DNA from: Octopus bimaculoides
Taxonomy: Eukaryota
Reading direction: 5' to 3'
Assembly: GCF_001194135.2 (NCBI RefSeq)
Contig: NC_069002.1
Span: 10,965,781 to 11,006,083, forward strand
DNA: 40,303 bases
Shown: in pieces, positions 1 to 10,323 of the stretch
Position numbering within the stretch: the first letter of the stretch is position 1
Layout: every line of letters begins with the position of its first letter
Program-made: the position numbers and the translations under genes
The notes under the pieces: generated by a model
What the model was told of the DNA's origin: nothing
The model's database searches: none
Seen by the model: the letters and a program-made list of their open reading frames with translations, nothing else

Positions 1-190
1 TATGTGTATGTATATATATATACATATATATATATATATACACAACGTCTCTCTCTGTGTTCCTCTCTCTTTCTCTCTTGCTTTCTGTCACTCTCTCTCT
101 CCCCCTCCCTCTCTCCCCCTCCCTCTCTGCCTCTCTTTCTGTCTCCCTCTGTCCCTCTGTCCCTGTCCCTCCTCTCTTTCTTGCTCTTCC
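1..190. repeat. (TA)n followed by a CT-rich degenerate microsatellite
   Basis: Directly visible dinucleotide and low-complexity runs. Confidence 0.9.
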
Positions 191-317
191 AAGAAGAGGA
201 ATGCCTTCGTGTATTTTTGCCAAGTTTTCACGGAAAAGACCTGCTGTGATCTTTTAATATCTCTTACTTTAACTTTGCCGTCTCTGTTCCAGCCGACACA
301 GTCTCAGTGTTCTCCTC

Positions 318-760
318 ATCATCATATTACTCCACCTCTTCAGACACTGCCACCACCACCAACAACAACACCAACAACAACAACAACAACAACAAAAACA
401 ACATACCTACCCCCCACGCATTTATTGTCACCATCATCATCATCATCATCATAAATGTGACCAGCATCACCATTATACACCACCACCACCGCCACCACCA
501 GCACTACCTTCATCACCAACACCACTACCACCACCAACACTGCCGTCATCATCATCATCACCATCACCACCACCACCACCATCGGTGCCCCCACCACCAC
601 TACCATCAATGTCAGCACAACCATTGCCACCACAACCACAACAACCACCGCCAACACCACCACCACGATGACAATCATGATCACCACATCCACACTACCA
701 CCATCACAAGCTCAGCTACCACCACCAAAAACACCTCCATCACCACCACCACCACCACCA
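318..760. repeat. Degenerate (CAC/CAT/AAC)n trinucleotide array
   Basis: Visible triplet periodicity; explains the poly-His/Thr/Val ORFs in the track. Confidence 0.9.
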
Positions 761-1110
761 CTAGCTCTCTGAACTTTGCCCAGCCTATTCTTATTCCGAC
801 AGCTATGCTCTCAGAGCAACCAGCTTCACTACTAACTTGGTCACCTAGATAACGGAAGCTATCTACTACCTCTAGCTTACCCCCCTGGCAGTTGATGGAG
901 TCTATTTTTTGTACATTTTTGATGTTTATTGTACCTGTGCATCTTCCACAAACAAAAGCTATTTCCCCTGTTAACCTTTTTCTGATATTGCTGCATCTCT
1001 CATGTGTCCATAGCTTACACCGGGAACATATTATGGAGTTTCTACCTAAGCCTTTTCTACAGATCGAACAGGGCTATCTATCTGAAGTGATTTGTGATTT
1101 GTCTGCCTTC

Positions 1111-1146
<36 letters not shown>

Positions 1147-1790
1147 GTCGTTTAACGTCCGCATTCCATGCTAGCATGGGTTGGACGATTTGACTGAGGA
1201 CTGGTGAACCAGATGGCTACACCAGTCTCCAATCTGATCTGGCAGAGTTTCTACAGCTGGATGCCCTTCCTAACGCCAACCACTCCGAGAGTGTAGTAGA
1301 TGCTTTTACATGTCACCCGCACGACGTGTCACCCCTACTTACTAAGACTTTGGTTCATGCTAGGTTAACTCTAAGGCCCTTTGATTCTAGACCTTGCTTC
1401 CATACCTGAAACTTCTCTGGTTTTGGTAGTGATTCAGCTATAAGAAGAAAGTCTTCAGCATAGAGGAGCTCCCAGGAGCAGCCTGTTTTAAATTCCTCTG
1501 CTATTGCCTGGAGGACCATGATGAACAAGATGGGGCTGAGAACCAATCCTTAGTGAACCCCTACTTGCACTTTGAATTCTTTACTGCACTCGTTGCTGAC
1601 CCTCACTTTACTGGTAGCGTCCCTGTGCATTGGTCATACAGCTCCCACCAACCACTCATCTATCCCTAGTTTCCACATTGGCGACGAGATAAGGGATTGG
1701 GTGTATCTGAGCGTTGGGTTCATCAGTCTCCATCCTGTCTCCTCAGCAGATGTTTGTGCCGAATGTGAGTTTGGAGGCTAAGTCGGTGGT
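761..1790 (-). mobile_element. RTE-clade LINE reverse-transcriptase fragment with internal PHD finger, interrupted at about 1110-1333
   Basis: Minus-strand translation gives LGIDEWLVGAV, SKVRVSNECSKEFKVQVGVH*GLVLSPILF, WELLYAEDFLLIAE, QGLESKGLRVNLA, then after the insertion CSICRKGLGRNSIICSRCKLWTHERC...VCGRC...LEVVDSFRYLGDQVS...IRIGWAKFREL. These are RTE-type RT motifs. Confidence 0.9.
1110..1333 (-). mobile_element. RTE-type 3' tail element (5'-truncated LINE or LINE-dependent SINE) ending in (GAT)n
   Basis: Carries CTGGATGCCCTTCCTAACGCCAACC, shared with copies near 4800, 5500, 21870, 25170 and 33955; has a (CAT)n tail on +. The RTE link is from recall. Confidence 0.7.
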
Positions 1791-1878
1791 AAAAGAATTG
1801 TGGGCAGAATTCACACAAGCTGGTCAGTGCAGCTAAACACACACACACACTCACACACACACACACACACACACACAC

Positions 1879-2690
1879 NNNNNNNNNNNNNNNNNNNNNN
1901 NNNNNNNNNNNNNNNNNNNNNNNNNNNNNNNNNNNNNNNNNNNNNNNNNNNNNNNNNNNNNNNNNNNNNNNNNNNNNNNNNNNNNNNNNNNNNNNNNNNN
2001 NNNNNNNNNNNNNNNNNNNNNNNNNNNNNNNNNNNNNNNNNNNNNNNNNNNNNNNNNNNNNNNNNNNNNNNNNNNNNNNNNNNNNNNNNNNNNNNNNNNN
2101 NNNNNNNNNNNNNNNNNNNNNNNNNNNNNNNNNNNNNNNNNNNNNNNNNNNNNNNNNNNNNNNNNNNNNNNNNNNNNNNNNNNNNNNNNNNNNNNNNNNN
2201 NNNNNNNNNNNNNNNNNNNNNNNNNNNNNNNNNNNNNNNNNNNNNNNNNNNNNNNNNNNNNNNNNNNNNNNNNNNNNNNNNNNNNNNNNNNNNNNNNNNN
2301 NNNNNNNNNNNNNNNNNNNNNNNNNNNNNNNNNNNNNNNNNNNNNNNNNNNNNNNNNNNNNNNNNNNNNNNNNNNNNNNNNNNNNNNNNNNNNNNNNNNN
2401 NNNNNNNNNNNNNNNNNNNNNNNNNNNNNNNNNNNNNNNNNNNNNNNNNNNNNNNNNNNNNNNNNNNNNNNNNNNNNNNNNNNNNNNNNNNNNNNNNNNN
2501 NNNNNNNNNNNNNNNNNNNNNNNNNNNNNNNNNNNNNNNNNNNNNNNNNNNNNNNNNNNNNNNNNNNNNNNNNNNNNNNNNNNNNNNNNNNNNNNNNNNN
2601 NNNNNNNNNNNNNNNNNNNNNNNNNNNNNNNNNNNNNNNNNNNNNNNNNNNNNNNNNNNNNNNNNNNNNNNNNNNNNNNNNNNNNNNNNN
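1879..2690. other. Assembly gap (N run) starting in (CA)n
   Basis: N bases. Other large gaps: 18704-18890, 22187-22286, 26430-26930, 29834-30292, 32679-32875, 36446-37445, 38465-39034. Confidence 1.
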
Positions 2691-2975
2691 AAGCCCCGCG
2701 AGGCTCCGGCAGGGGATGGTGGCGAACCCTGCTGTACCCTTTCACTACAACTTTCTCTCACTCTTACTTCCTGTTTCTGTTGTGCCTGTAATTCAAAGGG
2801 TCAGCCTTGTCACACTGTGTCATGCTGAATATCCCCGAGAACTATGTTAAGGGTACACGTGTCTGTGGAGTGCTCAGCCACTTGCATGTTAATTTCACGA
2901 GCAGGCTGTTCCGTTGATCGGATCAACTGGAACCCTCGTCGTCGTAAGCGACGGAGTGCCAACAACAACAACAAT
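2691..2975 (+). mobile_element. SINE family D, 3' portion, ending in (CAA)n
   Basis: GTCTGTGGAGTGCTCAGCCACTTGCATGTTAATTTCACGAGCAGGCTG matches the reverse complement of 34740-34810. Confidence 0.75.
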
Positions 2976-3737
2976 ATCTTAGTTACAATATATGGATTCA
3001 AGTAATCTGGTAGTACTCATAAATAAAAGCTTTATAACATATCAGTCTACAAAGCATATAGAATACATAGTACAATACGAGAGAATGTAATAAAGTCATA
3101 AACGACAGAGAAATAGTTTATGAAATTTTATTTAACAGTAACAAAATTCTAATATTACGACAAATTGTTTTGTAACTTAAATAAAATATATAACAATATA
3201 TAACATGTTTTTAAGTTACGCAACAATTGTTGTGATATTATATAATATAGCACATATTGCATAACAATGTGTTACCAATACATCCTATTATTCATTTTAT
3301 ATGGTTATATTCAAACAAAATTCAAATAATTTCATTTTTATATAATTTTATTTCAGATTTTAATTTACCTACCTGTAATTAGAGGTAGCTTTGAGAAAAA
3401 ATACTTGCTTATAGATTTATCTAAAAATGTTTTCTTTTCTTCAAACCGCCATTTAATGTATGAGAAACAAGAAAAAAAGAAATTTTGTTTGTCTTTTAAA
3501 GTCAGTCTAGATTCACGATTGCTTCAGAATTTAATTGAAACGTACAGGGAGTGTAGTTTAATTAGAAATCAATTATATATTTGTGATTGTGTGTGTATGT
3601 GTGTGCGTGCATGCGCTTGCACACGTATACATGTGCCAGTGTGTTTATGGTTTGGAATAGGGTGAATTATTTATTATTCACATCAGATATAGACAGAAAA
3701 ATGCAGAAAGTTATACATACATGCATACGAACATACT

Positions 3738-3781
<44 letters not shown>

Positions 3782-3787
3782 TATATA

Positions 3788-4654
3788 CAGGGTGCGATTG
3801 GTAAATTGTCACCATTTTATATTTTTTATTTCACACATGCACAATGTTTGTGTTTGATTTTATCGCCTACACAGTATAGTAGGGTCAGTTGGGCACCATC
3901 TATGACAAAAACAGCACCATACCATAATTCACTCTGCCAGAAATTTGGAATGGATAATGCTGTACTGCTTGCCATTCACACCAGAAGCTCCAGTATGGAC
4001 ATCTCAAGTGTTAAATCTAGCAAATAGGGTGGGTGCAGAAGTGATGCCGGGGTGCTTTTGGTAAAGAAACCCACAAGTGAAGAGAGATCATTGACAGTGT
4101 GCATTGTTGTTGTGAAGAATTCAGTTCTTCATGCTCCACAGATTCGGTCGCTTTTGCTAAATGTCCTCTCTGAAATGCTTCAAAATGTCACAGTAGGACT
4201 TGCAATTGACAGTTTGGCTCTGGGGGATGAATTCTTGAAGCACAATACTACGGATGTCTCAAAAACAATAAGCATGATCTTGATTGAGCAGCGGCTCTGA
4301 CAAGCCATTCACAGTGTCTGTGTCACTCAAAAGCATGCATACGACCCATTACCTCATTGCTGTAAGGTTGCCAAAGCATGCTCAATATCTCTGTAGCAGA
4401 CTTCCCAAGTTTGACATAAAATTTCATGTTGGCTCTTTGTTCCAACTTCCTGTCCCTGACAAAGATCACAGACTATACAAAAACCACGTTATCACAAATG
4501 CTCAAATTCAACAGTTTGCGAAGTAAGCACAGAGGTGTCGCTTGGCACACTGCTTCATGAAAGTCACAGCTAGCTTTCCCTGAGCACACAACCATGTGCT
4601 GCCACCTGTTAGTGCACTACAGAACTAGACCAGGAACCTTTTGATACCACCTTG
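3788..4654 (-). mobile_element. Internally deleted mariner-family transposon relic, TA-flanked
   Basis: Minus strand gives EQRANMKFYVKLGKSATEIL (N-terminal HTH), then EFIPQSQTVNCKSYCDIL and ILHNNNAH (degenerate HDNAP). Termini are TA|CAGGGTG and TA|CAAGGTGGTATCAAAAGGTTCC. Confidence 0.85.
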
Positions 4655-4749
4655 TATATATCTGTGGATGTAGCTGTGTGTGTGCACATGTGTGTGTGTC
4701 TGTATGCTCACATGATAGTTATAAACGTGCACTACCATCGTACATCATG

Positions 4750-4915
4750 CCTAGCCATGGAGGAATATTATCTTACTTGGAAACAGGTAAAGGTTGGTGA
4801 AAGGAAGGGCATCCCAGCTGTAGAAAATCTATCTCTATGAATTCCATCTGACTTATGCAAGCATGGATAGGTGGAAAAGGAGATGTTAAGATAATAATGA
4901 TGATGATGATGATGA
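4750..4915 (+). mobile_element. RTE-type 3' tail element ending in (GAT)n
   Basis: GGTTGGTGAAAGGAAGGGCATCCCAGCTGTAGAAA, then GCAAGCATGG...GATGTTAA and (GAT)n. Confidence 0.7.
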
Positions 4916-5568
4916 TGGTGAGGAGGACAGTGATGATGGTGATGATGATAAGTGTATACACGCTTGCACACACACATGCATACACACTACACCCATACAC
5001 ACACACACACACACACATATTCATATACATGTATGTATGTGTGTGCATATATGTATCTATGCATTTATATAAGTGTATGCATGCCTCTGAATAAAAGCAT
5101 ATGTATGCGTAGGTGTATGTATATATGTGTGATTGAGTATATGTTTGTGTGTATATGTTGTTTGTATGTGTGTGTGTGTGTGTGTGCTTGATAACAAATA
5201 CTTGAATGCGTAAAGAGTATATATATATATTTTTAATCTGAGTGAACTGAAATGCCAGAGGCTGGTTCTGTGCACCTGGTGTGATTTGCCAGTTCCAATT
5301 TCTAAAATACTTTTGCAATAATTCCTTACTGCTGCGTTTGGCATAATGGTTGTGACAAATGACGAAACAACACAGTACAACATGCCCGTACAAGATGGCT
5401 GATAAATCACCATCACCATCATCGTCATCATCATTTCATGTCTGTCTTTCCGTGTTCTGGGTAGATTAGAATTTATTGAGACAAATGTTCTTTAGCTGAA
5501 TGCCCTTCCTGTCGCCAACCCGCCCCCTCCACCTCCACCTTTTTTTTTCCCAATCAAGGTAATATTTC

Positions 5569-5803
5569 TTATTTCTTTATTGCCCACAAGGGGCTAAACA
5601 TAGAGGGGACAAACAAGGACAGACAAAGGGATTAAGTCGATTACATCGACCCCAGTGTGTATCTGGTACTTAATTTATCAACCCCGAAAGGGATGAAAGG
5701 CAAAGTCAACCTCGGCGGAATTTGAACTCAGAACGTAACAGCAGACGAAATACTGTTAAGCATTTCGCCTGGCGTGCTAATGTTTCTGCCAGCTCAACGC
5801 CTT
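5569..5803 (-). mobile_element. SINE family A (tRNA-derived), tail type 1
   Basis: B-box-like AGTTCAAATTCC on the minus strand; flanked by 15-bp TSD TCAAGGTAATATTTC (5554-5568 and 5804-5818). Confidence 0.9.
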
Positions 5804-5863
5804 TCAAGGTAATATTTCAAGGTAATATTTCTCCCATAGCTAGACATGTTTTCACAGAATATT

Positions 5864-6076
5864 CTTTTCTACTCGGGGCACAAGGCCTGAAATTTTGGGG
5901 GTAGGGCCCAGTCGATTAGATCCACCTCAGTATGCAACTGGTACTTAATTTATTGACCTCGAAAGGATGGAAGACAAAGTCGACCTCGGCGAAATTTGAA
6001 CTCAGAATGTAAAGACAGGCGAAATACTGCTAAGCATTTTGCCCGGCGTGCTAACCATTCTGCCAGCTCGCTGCTT
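5864..6076 (-). mobile_element. SINE family A, tail type 2
   Basis: Same head and core as 5569-5803; TSD TGTTTTCACAGAATATT / TGTTTCTACAGAATATT (5847-5863, 6077-6093). Confidence 0.9.
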
Positions 6077-6199
6077 TGTTTCTACAGAATATTGGAAACG
6101 AATGATACTGCCTGTATGTCTGTTACACTTGTGTATCTCAATCATGCAATGCCAAAACAAGGAGACCCCTACATCTATGTACAAAATAAAACATGTGTC

Positions 6200-6400
6200 A
6201 CAGGGCTCAGTGGTTAGAGTGTCAGGCTCACAATCATGAAGTAATGAGTTCAATTCCTGGATTGGGCTGTGTGTTGTGTTCTTGAGCAATACATTTTATT
6301 TCTGTTACTCAAGTTCACTCGGCTGTAGAAATGAGTGGCAATGTCACTGGTGCCAAGTTGTGTCAGTTTTTGCCTTTCCCTGGATAAAGCTGGAGCATCA
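6200..6400 (+). mobile_element. SINE family C, 3'-truncated
   Basis: A-box GGCTCAGTGGTT and B-box AGTTCAATTCC; matches 13970-14318. Confidence 0.85.
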
Positions 6401-7479
6401 TCTAATGTAGCTACCATGTCAGCATCAATGTCCTTGTGTTCTTTTTCTGCAGGTGCTTGATAACATTGTGATGTCAAATTTTCTCCATTTATAAGAGAGG
6501 TCCCTACTAGTAACTTCTGAAGGCTTCTTTGAAAAGTCAGATATGAGTTTATCTGGAAAGAAATAATGTAGTTATTAATAAGAAGGGTTGAAATTAAAGC
6601 ATGCAAGATTTCACCACTCTAGCATCACTCCTTCATAGTCAGCCTATGAACTTTTCAACCCACACACATAATAACGATTTTAAAAAGGCAAAAGGCACAC
6701 ACATATACACACATCCACACATGTTCATGCATACATGCACACACCTCTTTGTACAGAAATAATTAAAAAGTATGAAGCAATAAAATAATTAGGAAATATG
6801 AAACAATAAAATAATTAAAACAAGATATTCTAAAACAAGATAATCTAATAACTAAAACACAAAAGATTACTGGTTCGGTGGTACTAAGGCATTTCACAGC
6901 TTTGTTCACTTAACCATTTGTCAAATTATGTTTGAATATAACTGAATGCACCACTAAACATTATTTGTTGATGAAACACATAAACATCTTGAGGATATTC
7001 TCTTTGAAGTTCAATATAATGTCTTAATTTTAATTTTATGAGCAATCTATCTTTTGCATGTAGTTTATGTTCTGAACTTGATTGTTTAGGTGTTGTTACA
7101 ACTTTTTCCAAAAGTCCGCGACATTAGAGATGCATAATTTTGTCTCTTAACAGTTTGTTTGATTTTTAGAGAATGGTTATTCTTTATTCATCTTTCTTCT
7201 CTGCATCTTATTTGTTGTTTTCCCAGGAAAGGATTTTGCTTTCGTTGAGTAGAATTTCTTCTTCTTTGCCTGTTTTCATTGTTTTGTATTGTATGATTTT
7301 TGTGACTTGTTTCTCCTTTCATATTTTTCCCTGTCATCATTTCTTCCTCGTCATGCAACGAAGGTGTGTTACTACAGATTGGTAATGATAGCAGATAAAG
7401 TCTTTATTCTTTTACTTGTTTCAGTCATTATACTGTGGCCATTCTGGAACACCGCCTTGGATTTTGGCTTCAAATTTTG

Positions 7480-7585
7480 GCACTAGCCAAGCCAGCAATT
7501 GAAGGAGGTAAATCAATTAGATTGACTCCAGTGCTCAACTGGTTATTGTTTTATCAACCCTGAAACATGAAAGGCAAATCTAAAT
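7480..7585 (-). mobile_element. SINE A fragment (a SINE B tail fragment lies just left at about 7410-7460)
   Basis: GATTGACTCCAGTGCTCAACTGG...TTTATCAACCCTGAAACATGAAAGGCAAA matches the family A core. Confidence 0.65.
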
Positions 7586-7589
7586 TTCA

Positions 7590-7719
7590 ATGATGTGATT
7601 GTTTTAGTTTTGGAATGATAATGTATGATAGGTATGAGAGGCCAAATCTGGCCAGTTTGAACATGAAAAACGTAGAACATTTGGATTGGATATGGTTGGC
7701 TTAAATGCTAAAGGGTTAA
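7590..7719. mobile_element. End of a non-autonomous DNA element with a piggyBac-like TTAA|CCC terminus
   Basis: Ends AAATGCTAAAGGG|TTAA. Its internal module GATAGGTATGAGAGGCCAAATCTGGCCAGTTTGAACATG recurs twice at 34345-34655. Confidence 0.45.
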
Positions 7720-7914
7720 GGGAAGATGACCTGTGGTTAAGGGACCTCAAAACGAACTTGCATGTCCTAATGACCCCAGAATACCACAAACGAATACAAG
7801 AAATGGTGCCTGGTAAAGAACTGCAACAAAAGGTATGAAACTGGTGACAGATGGGAGAAAGTCTTGTTGATTTGTTTGTTGCAGTAAAATACATGTTAAA
7901 TCTGAATTCCTACA

Positions 7915-8080
7915 TTGAGTTCAAATTCCGCTGAGGTCAGCTTTGCCTTTCATCCTTTCAGGGTCGATAAAATAAGTACCAGTTGAGTACTGGGTGTCGA
8001 TGTATTAGATTCGTCCTCTGCTCCTTAAGAAAAATTGCTAGTCTTGTATCAGAGCTAGAAAGAATTATTACCATTGGCAT
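7915..8080 (+). mobile_element. SINE A, 5'-truncated, tail type 2
   Basis: GAGTTCAAATTCCGCTGAGGTCAGCTTTGCCTTTCATCCTTTCAGGGTCGATAAAATAAGTACCAG. Confidence 0.85.
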
Positions 8081-8799
8081 AAAAACTGTGAAGATCGATT
8101 TATCATATTTTATTGTTGGCAGGGAGGAGCAAGGAAGTTGTTTTTACTACTTTGTCTTGTGGCATTACCGAAACGGATTTAGTATAGCGGACAAGATTCA
8201 AAGAACTGGGAATGGTGCTTTGCCTCTCAGAACCAACCAAAATCTCCTCAACCATTTATTTTAAGTACCACTTGATGAGGAAAGTAGATGAGGTGGGGGT
8301 GGGAGATGGATGAGTAGCCAGGCGATAGTGACATTATCCAACCCTGCAGTGAATTTGATGAATACTGTATGTTGTAATGGTTGTGGTGGTGGTGGTGATG
8401 GTGGTGGTGGTGAGAATGCTAAAGTCAATGCCGTTGAGAAAGGAAGCGACCTTTTAGTTTAGCCTGGGGGTCAGTTTGGACACCAAGGAGAACAAAAGGA
8501 TGAAAAAGTTGGTTGGGTGTGTAGGCATCTGTATGTACGTGTGTGTGTGTGTGTTTGTGTGTTCCTCTGTGTGTCTGTGCGTGTTTGTGTTTATGTGTTT
8601 ATGTCCTGTTCTGATTAAGCAGTTGTTCCTTTTTCTGAGGGGCATTTATGCAAGCATTTTTATAAAAAAGTGACATTTTTGTATTATATATGTGTGTATG
8701 TGAATAGAGAGAGGGAGAGAGAGAAAAAGGGGGAGAGAGAAAAAGAGAAAATAGAAAGTGACTTTATTTAAAGACACTACAATAGATATGTATGTGTCT

Positions 8800-8885
8800 G
8801 TTCACACATTTATATATACAGATATATACATATAGATAGGTATATACATATATATATAGATAGGTATATACATATATATATAGAT

Positions 8886-8957
<72 letters not shown>
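8800..8957. repeat. (TA)n array containing three 24-bp TAGATAGGTATATACATATATATA-type units
   Basis: Directly visible. Confidence 0.9.
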
Positions 8958-9110
8958 TGGAGTAAGCACATAAATGTGCAACAAGGTGGAAAAAAGAGTA
9001 CTAAAATACCAGAGGTAGAGTAATATGCTTTATTTAGAAGCAGCAGATATATAACAAAAGACTGTTACTCAGAGTTTCATGTTCCCGTTCATCGGATAGT
9101 TTTGTTTGAC
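8958..9110 (-). mobile_element. Putative Penelope-like pseudo-LTR / 3' terminus (hammerhead, AATAAA, abuts (TA)n)
   Basis: On the minus strand a hammerhead fold is followed by CTAAATAAAGC and about 80 nt ending at the (TA)n tract. This architecture is known for PLE termini; the assignment is inference. Confidence 0.6.
9061..9100 (-). ncRNA. Minimal type-I hammerhead ribozyme motif (degenerate)
   Basis: Minus strand: ACTAT-CCGATGA-ACG GGAA CAT-GAAA-CTC T GAG-TA-ACAGT. Core CCGAUGA (U4C), GAAA and a GUA cleavage triplet; one mismatch each in stems I and II. Confidence 0.65.
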
Positions 9111-9149
9111 TAGCATCACACTTGAAACTCAAGAGTACCAACGAATTTG

Positions 9150-9275
9150 AATCAGACTGTTTTGATCCACATATGTCTGCCAAATTCCCTGACAAATTTT
9201 TCATTGGCCGAAGATTATAATAGAAAACACTTGCCCAAGGTGTTGCATAAAGTGACAGAACTCAAAACTTCATGT
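9150..9275 (-). mobile_element. SINE B 5' half, degenerate
   Basis: TAATAGAAAACACTTGCCCAAGGTGTTGCAT matches the family B reverse complement. Confidence 0.65.
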
Positions 9276-9299
9276 TTGTAACCCTTCCTCTTTTCTTAG

Positions 9300-9960
9300 T
9301 ACAACAGTTGATATTTCAAAACAATTTTTAGTTAGGAAAGTCCCTCCCTCATTATATTCATGGTAAATATAATAATTCTGAGTTGAAGTTTTGATGGTGT
9401 ATTATAAATTCAGTAATTATTTCTCTAGTTTTCTTGTCTAGTCACGCACGTTCATTTTGCACCAGTGAAGTCTTGCTAATTCACTAATTCCAGTTAGTTC
9501 CATTGAGAATATTATAACTATGACTTATTACTGGAAACTGATAGAATATCAATGCATGCTAACTTATTTCCTGTATTTAGATCTGTTTTAAGTATTAATC
9601 CCGCACGTCTATAATATTCTTTCTTGTCTTGTCTTTCATTTGCATGCATATCTATGTGTGTGCATATATGCGCATATGCGTGTGCATATGTGTTTGGCGT
9701 ACGCAGTTAATTCATTGATTTCCAAGAATTTTGTAAGCCTGTGTTGGAACTAACTCTCTTATCTCGGTTTCTTTATCAAACAAGACATGAGCGTTCTTAA
9801 TTTTCCTCTCATCAAGGTTGCGTTGGCGCATTCTGCTAATCCAAATCTCCAAGCAATTCCTCTAAGTAAATCCGTTTGCTGTCTGTTGCTGTTTATCATC
9901 ATCTTCAACATACAACTTGAGATGACAGTTGATATATAGCTGAAACAAGTCAACGTTAAC
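9300..9960 (-). mobile_element. R4/Dong-like non-LTR retrotransposon RT relic
   Basis: Frameshifted minus-strand motifs YINCHLKLYVEDD (cf. YMDDLKLYA), FGLAECANATLMRGKL, ETEIRELVPTQAYKILG, KEYYRRAGLILKTDLNTGNK and LLYLP. An ATGC-rich microsatellite has grown inside at about 9645-9700. Confidence 0.8.
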
Positions 9961-10074
9961 ATCCAGTTAAATGTGTTAGCACCATTTTTTTTTTCTTTTA
10001 AGTTATTCTACCATTTGTCTGTGTCTGTTGAATAGCTTATTAGTTAATCATGACATGTCTAATATATCTGCATA

Positions 10075-10281
10075 TTATTGGTGTGTATGCATTCAGGTGA
10101 GGTTATGTGGTAAGAAATTTGTTTTCCAACTCTGTGCTCTTGGGTTCAGTCCCACTGTGTGGCACCAAAGGTGGGTGAGTGTCTTCTACTACAGCCATGA
10201 GCTGACCAAAGTCTTGTGAATGGATTTAGTTGCAGAAACTGAAAGAAGCCCATCATATATATATATATGTACATGAAAATA

Positions 10282-10322
<41 letters not shown>
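10075..10322 (+). mobile_element. SINE B 5' half plus internal (TA)/(TG)n
   Basis: TGTGGTAAG...GGGTTCAGTCCCACTGTGTGGCACC...GAAACTGAAAGAAGCCC followed by a microsatellite. Confidence 0.85.

Positions 10323-10323
<1 letters not shown>

Larger units (their letters stand above)
5410..6175 (-). mobile_element. RTE-type 3' tail element split by two SINE A insertions
   Basis: Segments 5410-5568, 5832-5863 and 6094-6175 join to match the uninterrupted copy at 33884-34110. Confidence 0.75.

Noticed and set aside
307-852. 181-aa His/Thr-rich ORF
   Set aside because: Translation of a degenerate triplet array; no splice or homology support.
1723-2828. Long ORFs in the track spanning N gaps (also near 26 kb, 30 kb, 32.7 kb, 36-37 kb and 38-39 kb)
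   Set aside because: Their length comes from N codons and flanking dinucleotide repeats.
7722-7832. 37 open codons (EDDLWLRDLKTNLHVLMTPEYHKRIQEMVPGKELQQK) ending at AAG|GTATGA
   Set aside because: No pyrimidine-rich acceptor (it abuts a transposon end); resemblance to HEATR4 is too weak to support.
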